Below are positions 28,020 through 35,314 of a DNA stretch of 35,314 nt, piece after piece (position 1 is the stretch's first letter; each line of letters starts with the position of its first letter). Location of the stretch: positions 1 through 35,314 of the forward strand of contig JBDRVU010000003.1 of the NCBI GenBank assembly GCA_039802085.1, in the 5' to 3' direction. Origin of the DNA: a candidate division WOR-3 bacterium. GTDB lineage: Bacteria; Hydrothermota; Tepidihabitantia; Tepidihabitantales; JBDRVQ01. A program made the translations under genes and the position numbers. The notes under the pieces are model-generated. The model was not told the origin of the DNA. It searched no databases and was given only the letters and a program-made list of their open reading frames with translations.

Positions 28020-28120
28020 TGATTGCTATCTGCTATCTATTATGCCGCCGACCGCTGTGGCGGAAAAAAGAATAATAAAATTGAGGCGGAGAAGAAGTTA
28101 TAGATAGCAGATGGCAATTA
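28020..28120 (+). ncRNA. Candidate structured sigma54-dependent RNA (sRNA or 5' leader), 101 nt
   Basis: 28020-28040 pairs with 28100-28120 for 21 continuous bp, including two G-U pairs valid only on the + strand; internal CCGCC/CCGC versus two GGCGG elements. Confidence 0.6.
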
Positions 28121-28128
28121 ATTTAGAA

Positions 28129-28971
28129 ATGACATTAAAAAGAAAAATCTTATTAATTATTCTAATTACTCTCTTCATCCTTTTTGCCTTTACTCTCTTC
28201 CCTTTTCTTTATTTAGAAAAATATTACCCCCAAAAAGAGAATCGGTCTTTATTCAAAAGCGCAGAACGATTCAAGTCTTTGCTCAAAAAGAAAGATGGTA
28301 AGGGCATCTATGCTCTTTTTAACCAAACCTTCCAAAAGGAAATATCGGAGGAGAGGTTTCTTACTGCCTTCAATCAATGGCTAAAAGGGAAGAAGGTGAA
28401 AAAAGTTGAGACTAAGTTTATCAATGTTACGGGTTTCACTGGTCAAGTCTCCACTTGGCTCTGGGGTGATGAGAAAGATTACCAGTATCTCTTTAGTAGT
28501 TGGATTAAAACCAAAAAAGGCTGGTATCTCCTTTGGCTTTCTCCCATTTTAAATCAAGATTTTGAATATGGAGTTGGAGAATTAAAAGAGCGAAGGGAAT
28601 TATTGCGCTTGGCGACAGAAAAGGCGCTCGGCGCTGATGGCTTTGAAGAGATATTTCCAGAATTTGACTTACCCCATTCCCTTGTCTTTCTAAAAAAGGG
28701 ACGGTTGGAAGAGAGGGTAAAATCTTCTCGGCCGGTTCTCTGGCTCACCTTAGAGGAAATAAAGGAGAAAGCTAAATATCTCTCGCTTCCCTTCTATTTT
28801 GATTTTGGGGCGATTCGGATAATTGATAATCTCGCTACGGTCTATTTAGATATAATACCCATCAAAGGGGAAGGTAATCAAAATTTCCGGCATACCCGCG
28901 GTCTTCAATTTCAATTCCGGCGCAAAGAAGATGGGAGTTGGGAATTTGTTGGTTATGGTTCAAGATGGTAG
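28129..28971 (+). CDS. Membrane-anchored hypothetical protein (DUF3887/NTF2-like N-terminal region)
   Basis: Basic N-terminus plus TM helix (KRKILLIILITLFILFAFTLF), then GIYALFNQTFQKEISEERF. An alternative start at 28111 lies inside the hairpin. Confidence 0.6.
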   Translation: MTLKRKILLIILITLFILFAFTLFPFLYLEKYYPQKENRSLFKSAERFKSLLKKKDGKGIYALFNQTFQKEISEERFLTAFNQWLKGKKVKKVETKFINVTGFTGQVSTWLWGDEKDYQYLFSSWIKTKKGWYLLWLSPILNQDFEYGVGELKERRELLRLATEKALGADGFEEIFPEFDLPHSLVFLKKGRLEERVKSSRPVLWLTLEEIKEKAKYLSLPFYFDFGAIRIIDNLATVYLDIIPIKGEGNQNFRHTRGLQFQFRRKEDGSWEFVGYGSRW

Positions 28972-28974
28972 TAA

Positions 28975-31599
28975 TTATTTAACGGGCCAAAACTTTTTTA
29001 ACAACTCACCCAAGAGAAGGGTAGTGCTACTGAGAGCAATAACCGATAACCAATAATAGGGAGGGAAAGGAGAAATTTCAAACAGGCGGGCAAAAAAGGG
29101 TAGGTAAATAATTAAAATTAAAGAAAGAATAGTTAGACTTTGTGCCAAAAGTAAATTCCAGTTGGAAAAAAAGCCAATCTTAAATACCGAAAGCCTCTCC
29201 GAACGCCAATTGAAACAGTTAAACATCGCAGAGATTGTGATGAGGGAAAGCACTAAGGTTCTGGTTTCTCCAATTTGGGCATGACTGGTTAAAAAGATGA
29301 AGGAGACTTGGCCAGTAATTAAAAGCGCAAGGAAGAGACTAAATCCAACACTTTTTCCTGTGAAAAAGGATTCCTTTCTTCCCCGGGGTGGTTGGGTCAT
29401 CAAACCTGGTTCGGGCAGTTCCAGGCTTAAAGCGAGAGGCGGCAAGCCATCGGTAACCAAATTGAAAAAGAGAATTTGGGCCGCGGTTAAAGGAAGGGGA
29501 AGACCCAAAAAGAGGGCAAATAAGATGATAAATATCTCCGCCAGATGCAAGGTGAGACCGTAACTGATAAAATTCTTTGTGTTCTTAAATATATTTCTCC
29601 CTTCTTCTACGGATTGGACAATGGTGGCGAAATTGTCGTCCAAGATAATCAAATCGGAAACTTCTTTCGTCACCTCTGTTCCGGTGATGCCCATCGCTAC
29701 GCCGATATCCGCCTTTTTTAAGGCCGGGGCATCATTGACCCCGTCCCCGGTCATTGCCACCACATAACCCTTATTCTGAAATGCGGATACGATGCGCAAT
29801 TTATGAAAGGGCGAAACTCGAGCAATGACATTAATTCTTTCTACCTTTTCTTTTAGTTCCGCATCACTCATCCGGTCTAAATCCTCGCCCTCAAGACAAA
29901 TCCCTTCTTCATCGGTAATACCAACCTCCTTAGCCACTGCCTGGGCAGTGAGGATGTGGTCACCAGTAATCATCATTGGTTTTATCCCTGCCTTTTTGCA
30001 TTTTGCCACTGCGGATTTCACCTCTGGTCGGGGTAAATCCATCATCCCGACAAAACCCAGAAAGGTGAGGTCTTCTTCCACCCTTTCATCTGATAAAAGA
30101 TTTCCCTCTTTGTATGCGATTCCTAAAATTCTGAGACCTCTTTTCGCCATATCCTGTAAAACAGAAAGGTATTGCGCCGAAACCTCTTTTCCCAATCCGC
30201 ACTTATCTAAAATCACCTCACCCGCTCCCTTGCTGGCGATAAGAAAACTATCTCCCTTTTTATGAATGGTGGTCATTAACTTTCTTTCCGGGGTAAAAGG
30301 GATTTCATCCACCCGAGGATATTCCTTTGTTAAATCTTCTTTTTTTAGCCCTTTCTTAGCCGCTAAAACCAAAAGGGCGCCTTCAGTTGGGTCACCATCA
30401 ATTACCCATTTGTCTTTTTCTTTTCTTAAAAAGGCATCATTACATAAAAGACCGACTAAAAGTAAACTTTTTAGGTTCACTTCTAAGTTAGGAGAATTAT
30501 TGCCTTTAATGGAAAATTCCCCTTCTGGTTGATAACCAACCCCACTCACTTCCACCACCGCTCCGGGTGGGAGAAATATCTCTTTCACCGCCATCTCTCC
30601 TTTAGTTAAAGTTCCAGTTTTATCTGAGCAGATGACATTGACCGCACCCAAGGTTTCAATGCTAGCCAATTTCCGCACCAACCCCTTCCTTTTTGCCATC
30701 CGTTTTGTCCCTAAGGAAAGAGAGACAGTAACAACTGCGGGTAACGCCTCGGGGACAATTGCTACTGCGATCGCAATCGCCCAAAGAAACATTTTTGATA
30801 GGTTCTCACCCCGTCCAATCCCAATCCCCAGAATTATGCCACAAAAGATTAAAGTTAAAATACCAAACCACTTCCCCAACTTATCTAAAGAGACCTGTAA
30901 GGGCGTCTTCTCTTCCTTGATTGCTTCCAGTGTTTGGGCAATCTTACCAAATTCGGTATTCATCCCGGTCGCTAAGACCACCCCCTTCCCTTTCCCATAG
31001 ACAACGGAGGTGCCGGAAAAGATGATATTCCGACGGGCAAAAGATGGAGTTTCTGGTGGTAAGAGGCAAACTTCCTTCTCCACCGGAACCGATTCTCCGG
31101 TCAGGATTGACTCGTCGACCTTTAAGGTGACTTCGGAGAGGAGATAAGCATCCGCGGGTACTTTATCCCCGGCACTCAAAAGGATAATATCCCCGGGGAC
31201 GACTTCTTCGGCTAAAATCACCTTCTCCTTCCCTTCCCGCAGAACCCGGGCGTAGGGGGAAAGCATTCCCTTTAATTCCCTTACTACCTTCTCTGCCTGA
31301 TAATTTTGGATTCCTCCTAAACCAGCCGCAATTAAAATAATTATTAGAATTACTAAACCCTCGGTCCAATCGCCAGTAAGAAGGGCAAGAAAAGTAGCAA
31401 AGAGAAGAATTATAATCAGGAAGTTTTTGAACTGTTCAAGAAAGAAAGAAAGAATTCCCCTTTTTTTTAATTCGGTTAAACGATTTGGACCAAATTTTTT
31501 TATTCTCTCCTTTACTTCATCCTCGAAGAGTCCTTCTTCCCTTCCTCCTATTTCTTTTAATACCTCTTCGGCCCTTTTGCTATGCCAGGCATTTCCCAT
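28975..31599 (-). CDS. P-type IIA (Ca2+-type) cation-transporting ATPase
   Basis: TGES, PEAL, DKTGTLT, GDPTE, MITGD, GDGVNDAPALKKADIG, NLVTDG. Start taken at ATG 31599, just after the holA stop. Confidence 0.93.
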   Translation of the reverse strand: MGNAWHSKRAEEVLKEIGGREEGLFEDEVKERIKKFGPNRLTELKKRGILSFFLEQFKNFLIIILLFATFLALLTGDWTEGLVILIIILIAAGLGGIQNYQAEKVVRELKGMLSPYARVLREGKEKVILAEEVVPGDIILLSAGDKVPADAYLLSEVTLKVDESILTGESVPVEKEVCLLPPETPSFARRNIIFSGTSVVYGKGKGVVLATGMNTEFGKIAQTLEAIKEEKTPLQVSLDKLGKWFGILTLIFCGIILGIGIGRGENLSKMFLWAIAIAVAIVPEALPAVVTVSLSLGTKRMAKRKGLVRKLASIETLGAVNVICSDKTGTLTKGEMAVKEIFLPPGAVVEVSGVGYQPEGEFSIKGNNSPNLEVNLKSLLLVGLLCNDAFLRKEKDKWVIDGDPTEGALLVLAAKKGLKKEDLTKEYPRVDEIPFTPERKLMTTIHKKGDSFLIASKGAGEVILDKCGLGKEVSAQYLSVLQDMAKRGLRILGIAYKEGNLLSDERVEEDLTFLGFVGMMDLPRPEVKSAVAKCKKAGIKPMMITGDHILTAQAVAKEVGITDEEGICLEGEDLDRMSDAELKEKVERINVIARVSPFHKLRIVSAFQNKGYVVAMTGDGVNDAPALKKADIGVAMGITGTEVTKEVSDLIILDDNFATIVQSVEEGRNIFKNTKNFISYGLTLHLAEIFIILFALFLGLPLPLTAAQILFFNLVTDGLPPLALSLELPEPGLMTQPPRGRKESFFTGKSVGFSLFLALLITGQVSFIFLTSHAQIGETRTLVLSLITISAMFNCFNWRSERLSVFKIGFFSNWNLLLAQSLTILSLILIIYLPFFARLFEISPFPPYYWLSVIALSSTTLLLGELLKKFWPVK

Positions 31600-31601
31600 T
31601 T

Positions 31602-32540
31602 TTACTTCCAAATCTCCGCCACCCATTTGAAAAGAAGGGTTTCGCCATCGCAGCTGGTTGTCTTTATTTTCTTATCAATCTTTGTCAATTCCTTTAACCG
31701 GGCTAAAATTTCCTTCCTTTCCCAGAGAGAATAGTCTTCCTCGCCTTTGGCGAAGTCTCGCCTCGTGGATCTGGTTAAAAGGCGGAAAAGGATACCGGCA
31801 AAATAGCCGATGATATTTTCTAACTTGCCGGAATAGAGAAAGAGGCTATGAAGAGCCAAAAGAGCAGTTTTCTTATCCTTATGCTGAAATGCCCTACCTA
31901 ATTCTTGAATTGGAAAGCGTTTTGTTGGTGAGATAATCTCTTCTAAAAGAGAGCGGGTAATTTGGCGATTTTGGGTATAGAGTTTAGCCTTTTCGTATTC
32001 CTGATAGATTTGGGTGTAGTCGTCACCGGCATATTCCAAAATTAGAGAAAGGGCCCCTTCATCAATCAGATACCCATCCCGCTCTGCCTTTTCTCTTAAC
32101 TCCTTTTTGATTGCCCAATCCTTTCCTTGGTAAAGATTTATTACATATTTAATGAGTCCTTCTTTTTTGAGAAAAGACTCAGCCTCTTTTGTATAAGACA
32201 ACTTAATAAAAATAATCACGGGACTTTCCTTTTTGCCGGCGATACTTTTGAGGAGAGGTAAGAGGGTAGATTTTATCTCCGGGTTTAAGATAAAATCTGT
32301 CTCCGACTCTAAGGCAAGAAGCGAAGAGAAGTTCTTTAAGATCAGTACTTTCTTATTAACAAAGAGGGGATTGGTTAAAATTTTTTCCAAGAGGGAGAAG
32401 ATTTCTACTTCGGAACAGTCAATTATCTCCGACTCATAAGATATGCCTTCATTGGTCAACTCCCCTTTTACCGACTGGATAAATTCTTCGGCGCGGATGT
32501 CGTCCTCGCCGAAGAGGATATAGAGGAAATTTCTCTTCAT
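31602..32540 (-). CDS. holA: DNA polymerase III delta subunit
   Basis: LYILFGED, NPLFVNKKVLILKN, IDEGALSLILEYAGDD..I.QEYEK, IDKKIKT; typical size. Start at ATG 32540. Confidence 0.8.
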   Translation of the reverse strand: MKRNFLYILFGEDDIRAEEFIQSVKGELTNEGISYESEIIDCSEVEIFSLLEKILTNPLFVNKKVLILKNFSSLLALESETDFILNPEIKSTLLPLLKSIAGKKESPVIIFIKLSYTKEAESFLKKEGLIKYVINLYQGKDWAIKKELREKAERDGYLIDEGALSLILEYAGDDYTQIYQEYEKAKLYTQNRQITRSLLEEIISPTKRFPIQELGRAFQHKDKKTALLALHSLFLYSGKLENIIGYFAGILFRLLTRSTRRDFAKGEEDYSLWERKEILARLKELTKIDKKIKTTSCDGETLLFKWVAEIWK

Positions 32541-32545
32541 CACTA

Positions 32546-32573
32546 ATTTTACTATTAAAAAGGCGAAAATCAA
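32546..32573 (-). promoter_or_regulatory. Sigma70 promoter of holA, leaderless arrangement
   Basis: TTGATT-16 nt-TAAAAT, 5 nt to ATG 32540. Confidence 0.55.
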
Positions 32574-32595
32574 GTTTGCGCCCAAGTCGGACTTA

Positions 32596-32624
32596 TTGAC
32601 TTAAAAATAAATATCTTCTATAAT
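32596..32624 (+). promoter_or_regulatory. Sigma70 promoter of the ATPase pair, leaderless arrangement
   Basis: TTGACT-17 nt-TATAAT, 8 nt to ATG 32633; no SD. Confidence 0.8.
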
Positions 32625-32632
32625 AATAAACG

Positions 32633-33922
32633 ATGATTTCCATAACAAAAGAATATAGCCAAGCGATTATTCATAAACTTGGTTCCTCTGGCACTCCCCC
32701 AGAATTTGGCTTAGAGTTTTTTACGATTGGTCTGGATAGATACCTAAAGGTAATTGAAGAAGAGTATCTTCAGGCACTTCTCAAATACCGCCTCTCTTCT
32801 TTTAAGATTGTCACCGGCAATTACGGAGGCGGAAAAACCCACTTTCTCTATCTGGTGCGCAATCTCGCCTTCAAGAATAATTATGTCTGTTCTTATGTTG
32901 CCCTCTCCCCGGTGGAGTGTCCATTTGATAAATTGGAGTTGGTCTATCGGCAGGTGGTTTTAAACTTGATGCCACCGTTTAAGGATGAAGACTTATTGAA
33001 GCCCAACCCAAAAGGGATTGATTTTTTTATTAAGAATTGGTACTATGAGTTTAAGAATCGATTAGAAAAGACTGATTCTCCCCTGGTGGTGAGTGAGTAT
33101 TTAAAGAGCCTTCCGACAACGGAAAGTAGTAGTTTTGCCAACGCGGTCAAAGCAGCTTTTTTATCCTGCGCTACTGATGATGAGGAAGGTTATTCGGTTT
33201 TGATTCAATATCTGAAAGGGGAGGAGATTCCTCGGGAAATTAAGATGCGCTACCGGATCTCAGAAAGAGTGGAAAAGACCAATGCCTTCCGGATGATGCG
33301 GAGTCTTGCCCAGTGGATAGTAGCAATTGGTTATTCCGGTCTCATTTTGCTTTTTGACGAAGCGGAAAGGGGAATTTCCATATCATCCTCCAAGGATAAA
33401 AGGAGAGCATTAGATAATTTAAGACAGATTATTGATGAGTGCGGCAATGCTCGCCTTCCCGGGGTGATGGTCTTTTACGCTGTCCCCAACGAAGATTCGC
33501 TTTTAGATGGGACAGGTGGTGTTTATGAGGCACTAAAACAGCGTCTCAGGAGTTCTTTCACCAAAACCAATCCCTCCGGGGCAAAGATAAATTTGGAGGA
33601 TTTGGATGTCCCCCCAGAATTATTCCTCACCGAATTGGGAAAGAAATTGGCGCAAATTTTTTCTCTCGCTTATACTTTTTCCTTTCCCCCGGCGGTCTTT
33701 GAGCCCACTCTCAACCTTTTAGTCAAAACCTGTCTCACCTCCTATCTTTTTGATGTCAGTTATCGTCGGCTTTTTATATTAGCCTTAATTGAAGCCCTCT
33801 ATCAGTTAAGAGAAAACCCCAAAGTGCCTCTTAGTGAGAAGAAGATTCGGGAGATTTTGAAGGTTCGACAGGAGGAATTAGTGAAGGAAGAAAAAGAGAA
33901 AGTAGAAAAGGAGGAGTTTTGA
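32633..33922 (+). CDS. DUF2791/BrxD-like P-loop ATPase (copy 1)
   Basis: GTPPEFGLEFFTIG, Walker A GNYGGGKTH, PFDKLELVYR, Walker B GLILLFDE, YEALKQRL. Confidence 0.8.
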   Translation: MISITKEYSQAIIHKLGSSGTPPEFGLEFFTIGLDRYLKVIEEEYLQALLKYRLSSFKIVTGNYGGGKTHFLYLVRNLAFKNNYVCSYVALSPVECPFDKLELVYRQVVLNLMPPFKDEDLLKPNPKGIDFFIKNWYYEFKNRLEKTDSPLVVSEYLKSLPTTESSSFANAVKAAFLSCATDDEEGYSVLIQYLKGEEIPREIKMRYRISERVEKTNAFRMMRSLAQWIVAIGYSGLILLFDEAERGISISSSKDKRRALDNLRQIIDECGNARLPGVMVFYAVPNEDSLLDGTGGVYEALKQRLRSSFTKTNPSGAKINLEDLDVPPELFLTELGKKLAQIFSLAYTFSFPPAVFEPTLNLLVKTCLTSYLFDVSYRRLFILALIEALYQLRENPKVPLSEKKIREILKVRQEELVKEEKEKVEKEEF

Positions 33923-33928
33923 TTTAAT

Positions 33929-35245
33929 ATGCTAAATCGCGGATTAATCTGCTCCCATCCTGTTTTCGGAGAAGGAGAAATCTTAGAGGAACGTTTCCGC
34001 GGGCAAGAATTTTTGGTCAAATTTCGGACAGGTATTAAACTTTGGTTGAGAAAGGAGAGACTTTTCTTTTTTAGCCCGTTAAGAGAAGAAAAAATTGACC
34101 AAATCTCCGCCCGGCGGATGATAGAAGCCTTCCGGCTGGGGATTGTCCCGAGGCGGGATATTGAAGATTTCACCTTCGGTCGGGAAGAAGAAATCTCTCA
34201 ATTCAAAAAGGAGATGGAAGGATTGAAAAGGGGTTACGGCGATTGTCTCTTGATTGAGGGGCAATACGGGTCAGGGAAAACCCACCTTTTAGAATATTTT
34301 TACCATACCGGATTAAAAGAGGGTTTTTTGGTGAGCCGGGTGGAACTTGACCCGCGGGAGGTCTCTCTGGCCCGGCCCAAGAAGGTCTATCGGGAAATTA
34401 TCCATAACATCCGTTTCCTGCAAGAGGAAAAAGAGGGAGGCTTCCGTGATTTTCTCCGGCAGGCGGCGAAACTAAATATCAAAGACCATATCTATTTTAC
34501 ACCACTTCTCTCCTCTCTAAAAAAAATGGATGAAGATGCCGCATCCGCGGAGGTCTGGTGGCAATGGGTGGAAGGGGAGTCAACAAAGGAGTACGCGGTG
34601 GAACATAGATTTTATCGGGTAAAAGGCGGGAATAAAATCCCGGCTCTCTATGACTTTTCCACCGCTGTTGATTTTTACTGTTACCTCATTTCTGGTATTT
34701 CTTACATGGCTCGGGAATTGGGATTTTTTGGTTTTATTCTTTTAATTGATGAAGCGGAGACCGTCACGCATTTTTGGGATATGCATTCTTTTCTTGCTGG
34801 TTTCTCCTTTCTGGAGGGATTACTTAAAACCAGTCTCAATTTTCCGGAGTTAAAGAGAATAAATTATCAATATCTCCATAATGGGATGCGACCAACGCCC
34901 TATATCTATAAAGATGCTTACCTTCTCCTAATAATCGCCGCCACCCCTCTTCCCGATGGCTACCTCCAAACGAAAATCCGGCAGATTGTCAAAAAGAATA
35001 TTTCCCTTTCTCCTTTACCGGAACGTGCTTGCCAGGAATGTTTCTATCATTTAGTTTCCCTCTACCGTGCTGCCTATCCGGAATTTTCTTTGCCACCTCG
35101 AAAAGAGCGGGAGATTTTGTTATCCGCCATCGCTTCGGAAAATCTCCGTGATTTTATTAAGTTTACAGTTGATTATTTAGATATCGAACGGCACGCCGTC
35201 ACTTGTAGGCATAACCTAAAGCACCGACCATCGTTATCGCTTTAA
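33929..35245 (+). CDS. DUF2791/BrxD-like P-loop ATPase (copy 2) with N-terminal Tudor-like extension
   Basis: IEAFRLGIVP...FGREEEI, Walker A GQYGSGKTH, Walker B ILLIDE; N-terminus HPVFGEGEI...VKFRTGIK. Confidence 0.8.
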   Translation: MLNRGLICSHPVFGEGEILEERFRGQEFLVKFRTGIKLWLRKERLFFFSPLREEKIDQISARRMIEAFRLGIVPRRDIEDFTFGREEEISQFKKEMEGLKRGYGDCLLIEGQYGSGKTHLLEYFYHTGLKEGFLVSRVELDPREVSLARPKKVYREIIHNIRFLQEEKEGGFRDFLRQAAKLNIKDHIYFTPLLSSLKKMDEDAASAEVWWQWVEGESTKEYAVEHRFYRVKGGNKIPALYDFSTAVDFYCYLISGISYMARELGFFGFILLIDEAETVTHFWDMHSFLAGFSFLEGLLKTSLNFPELKRINYQYLHNGMRPTPYIYKDAYLLLIIAATPLPDGYLQTKIRQIVKKNISLSPLPERACQECFYHLVSLYRAAYPEFSLPPRKEREILLSAIASENLRDFIKFTVDYLDIERHAVTCRHNLKHRPSLSL

Positions 35246-35314
35246 TCGGGCAGACCTTAAAACACTCTCCACAACCGATACATTTTTCAATAATTACCTT
35301 ATGCCGCTCCCCGA
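35199..35314 (-). CDS. C-terminus of a 4Fe-4S ferredoxin-domain protein (possibly RnfB-like); partial
   Basis: Manual translation: GERHKVIIEKCIGCGECFKVCPIKAITMVGALGYAYK-stop (TGA at 35201-35199); CxxCxxCxxxCP motif. Confidence 0.75.
   Translation of the reverse strand, partial: GERHKVIIEKCIGCGECFKVCPIKAITMVGALGYAYK

Noticed and set aside
28020-28120. SRP RNA, 6S RNA, tRNA, T-box or intrinsic terminator
   Set aside because: No SRP domain IV motif, too short for 6S, no cloverleaf, wrong strand and position for a leuS T-box, and no U-tract after a short GC stem.
29297-31697. Series of plus-strand ORFs opposite the P-type ATPase, and similar short ORFs opposite or inside other genes
   Set aside because: Antisense or alternate-frame shadows of well-supported genes, with no motifs or initiation signals.
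32633-35245. Calling a complete BREX system
   Set aside because: No pglZ, pglX, brxC/pglY, brxL or helicase is adjacent; both flanks are unrelated genes.
35199-35245. 47-bp convergent overlap between ATPase copy 2 and the Fe-S gene as a special feature
   Set aside because: Short 3' overlaps of convergent genes are common in compact genomes; the overlapping tail looks like unconstrained extension.

Overview
Gene-dense bacterial chromosomal window from a probable anaerobe. T9SS-like C-terminal tails, lipoprotein motifs and gene content suggest an FCB-related or WOR-3-like lineage (inference only). In order it holds: (1) a minus-strand envelope-signalling cluster (lipoprotein, GAF sigma54 activator, frameshifted Ser/Thr kinase-PEGA, Kelch protein, TPR-like protein, CarboxypepD_reg-repeat protein) with two sigma54 promoters inside it; (2) a group 3b NiFe sulfhydrogenase operon; (3) a WG-repeat protein and a serpin; (4) a four-subunit 2-oxoacid:ferredoxin oxidoreductase, a DUF4438-like protein, dCMP deaminase and two beta-propeller proteins; (5) a degenerate histidine-kinase-like sensor plus an atypical-receiver sigma54 activator; (6) aldehyde dehydrogenase, leuS, a P-type ATPase and holA; (7) a stand-alone pair of BrxD/DUF2791-like ATPases. 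The most striking signals are non-coding. A sigma54 promoter with a tandem palindromic enhancer has its predicted +1 on the first base of a 101-nt hairpin closed by a 21-bp stem with G-U pairs, a candidate new sigma54 sRNA or leader. Two intergenic, indel-free 12-bp periodic arrays share a CTAAT/ATTAG core. There are four near-consensus sigma54 promoters in total. Eight operon-leading genes have sigma70 promoters placed so that the mRNA would be leaderless or nearly so. No rRNA, tRNA, CRISPR array or transposase was seen. All calls are by eye, without database searches.
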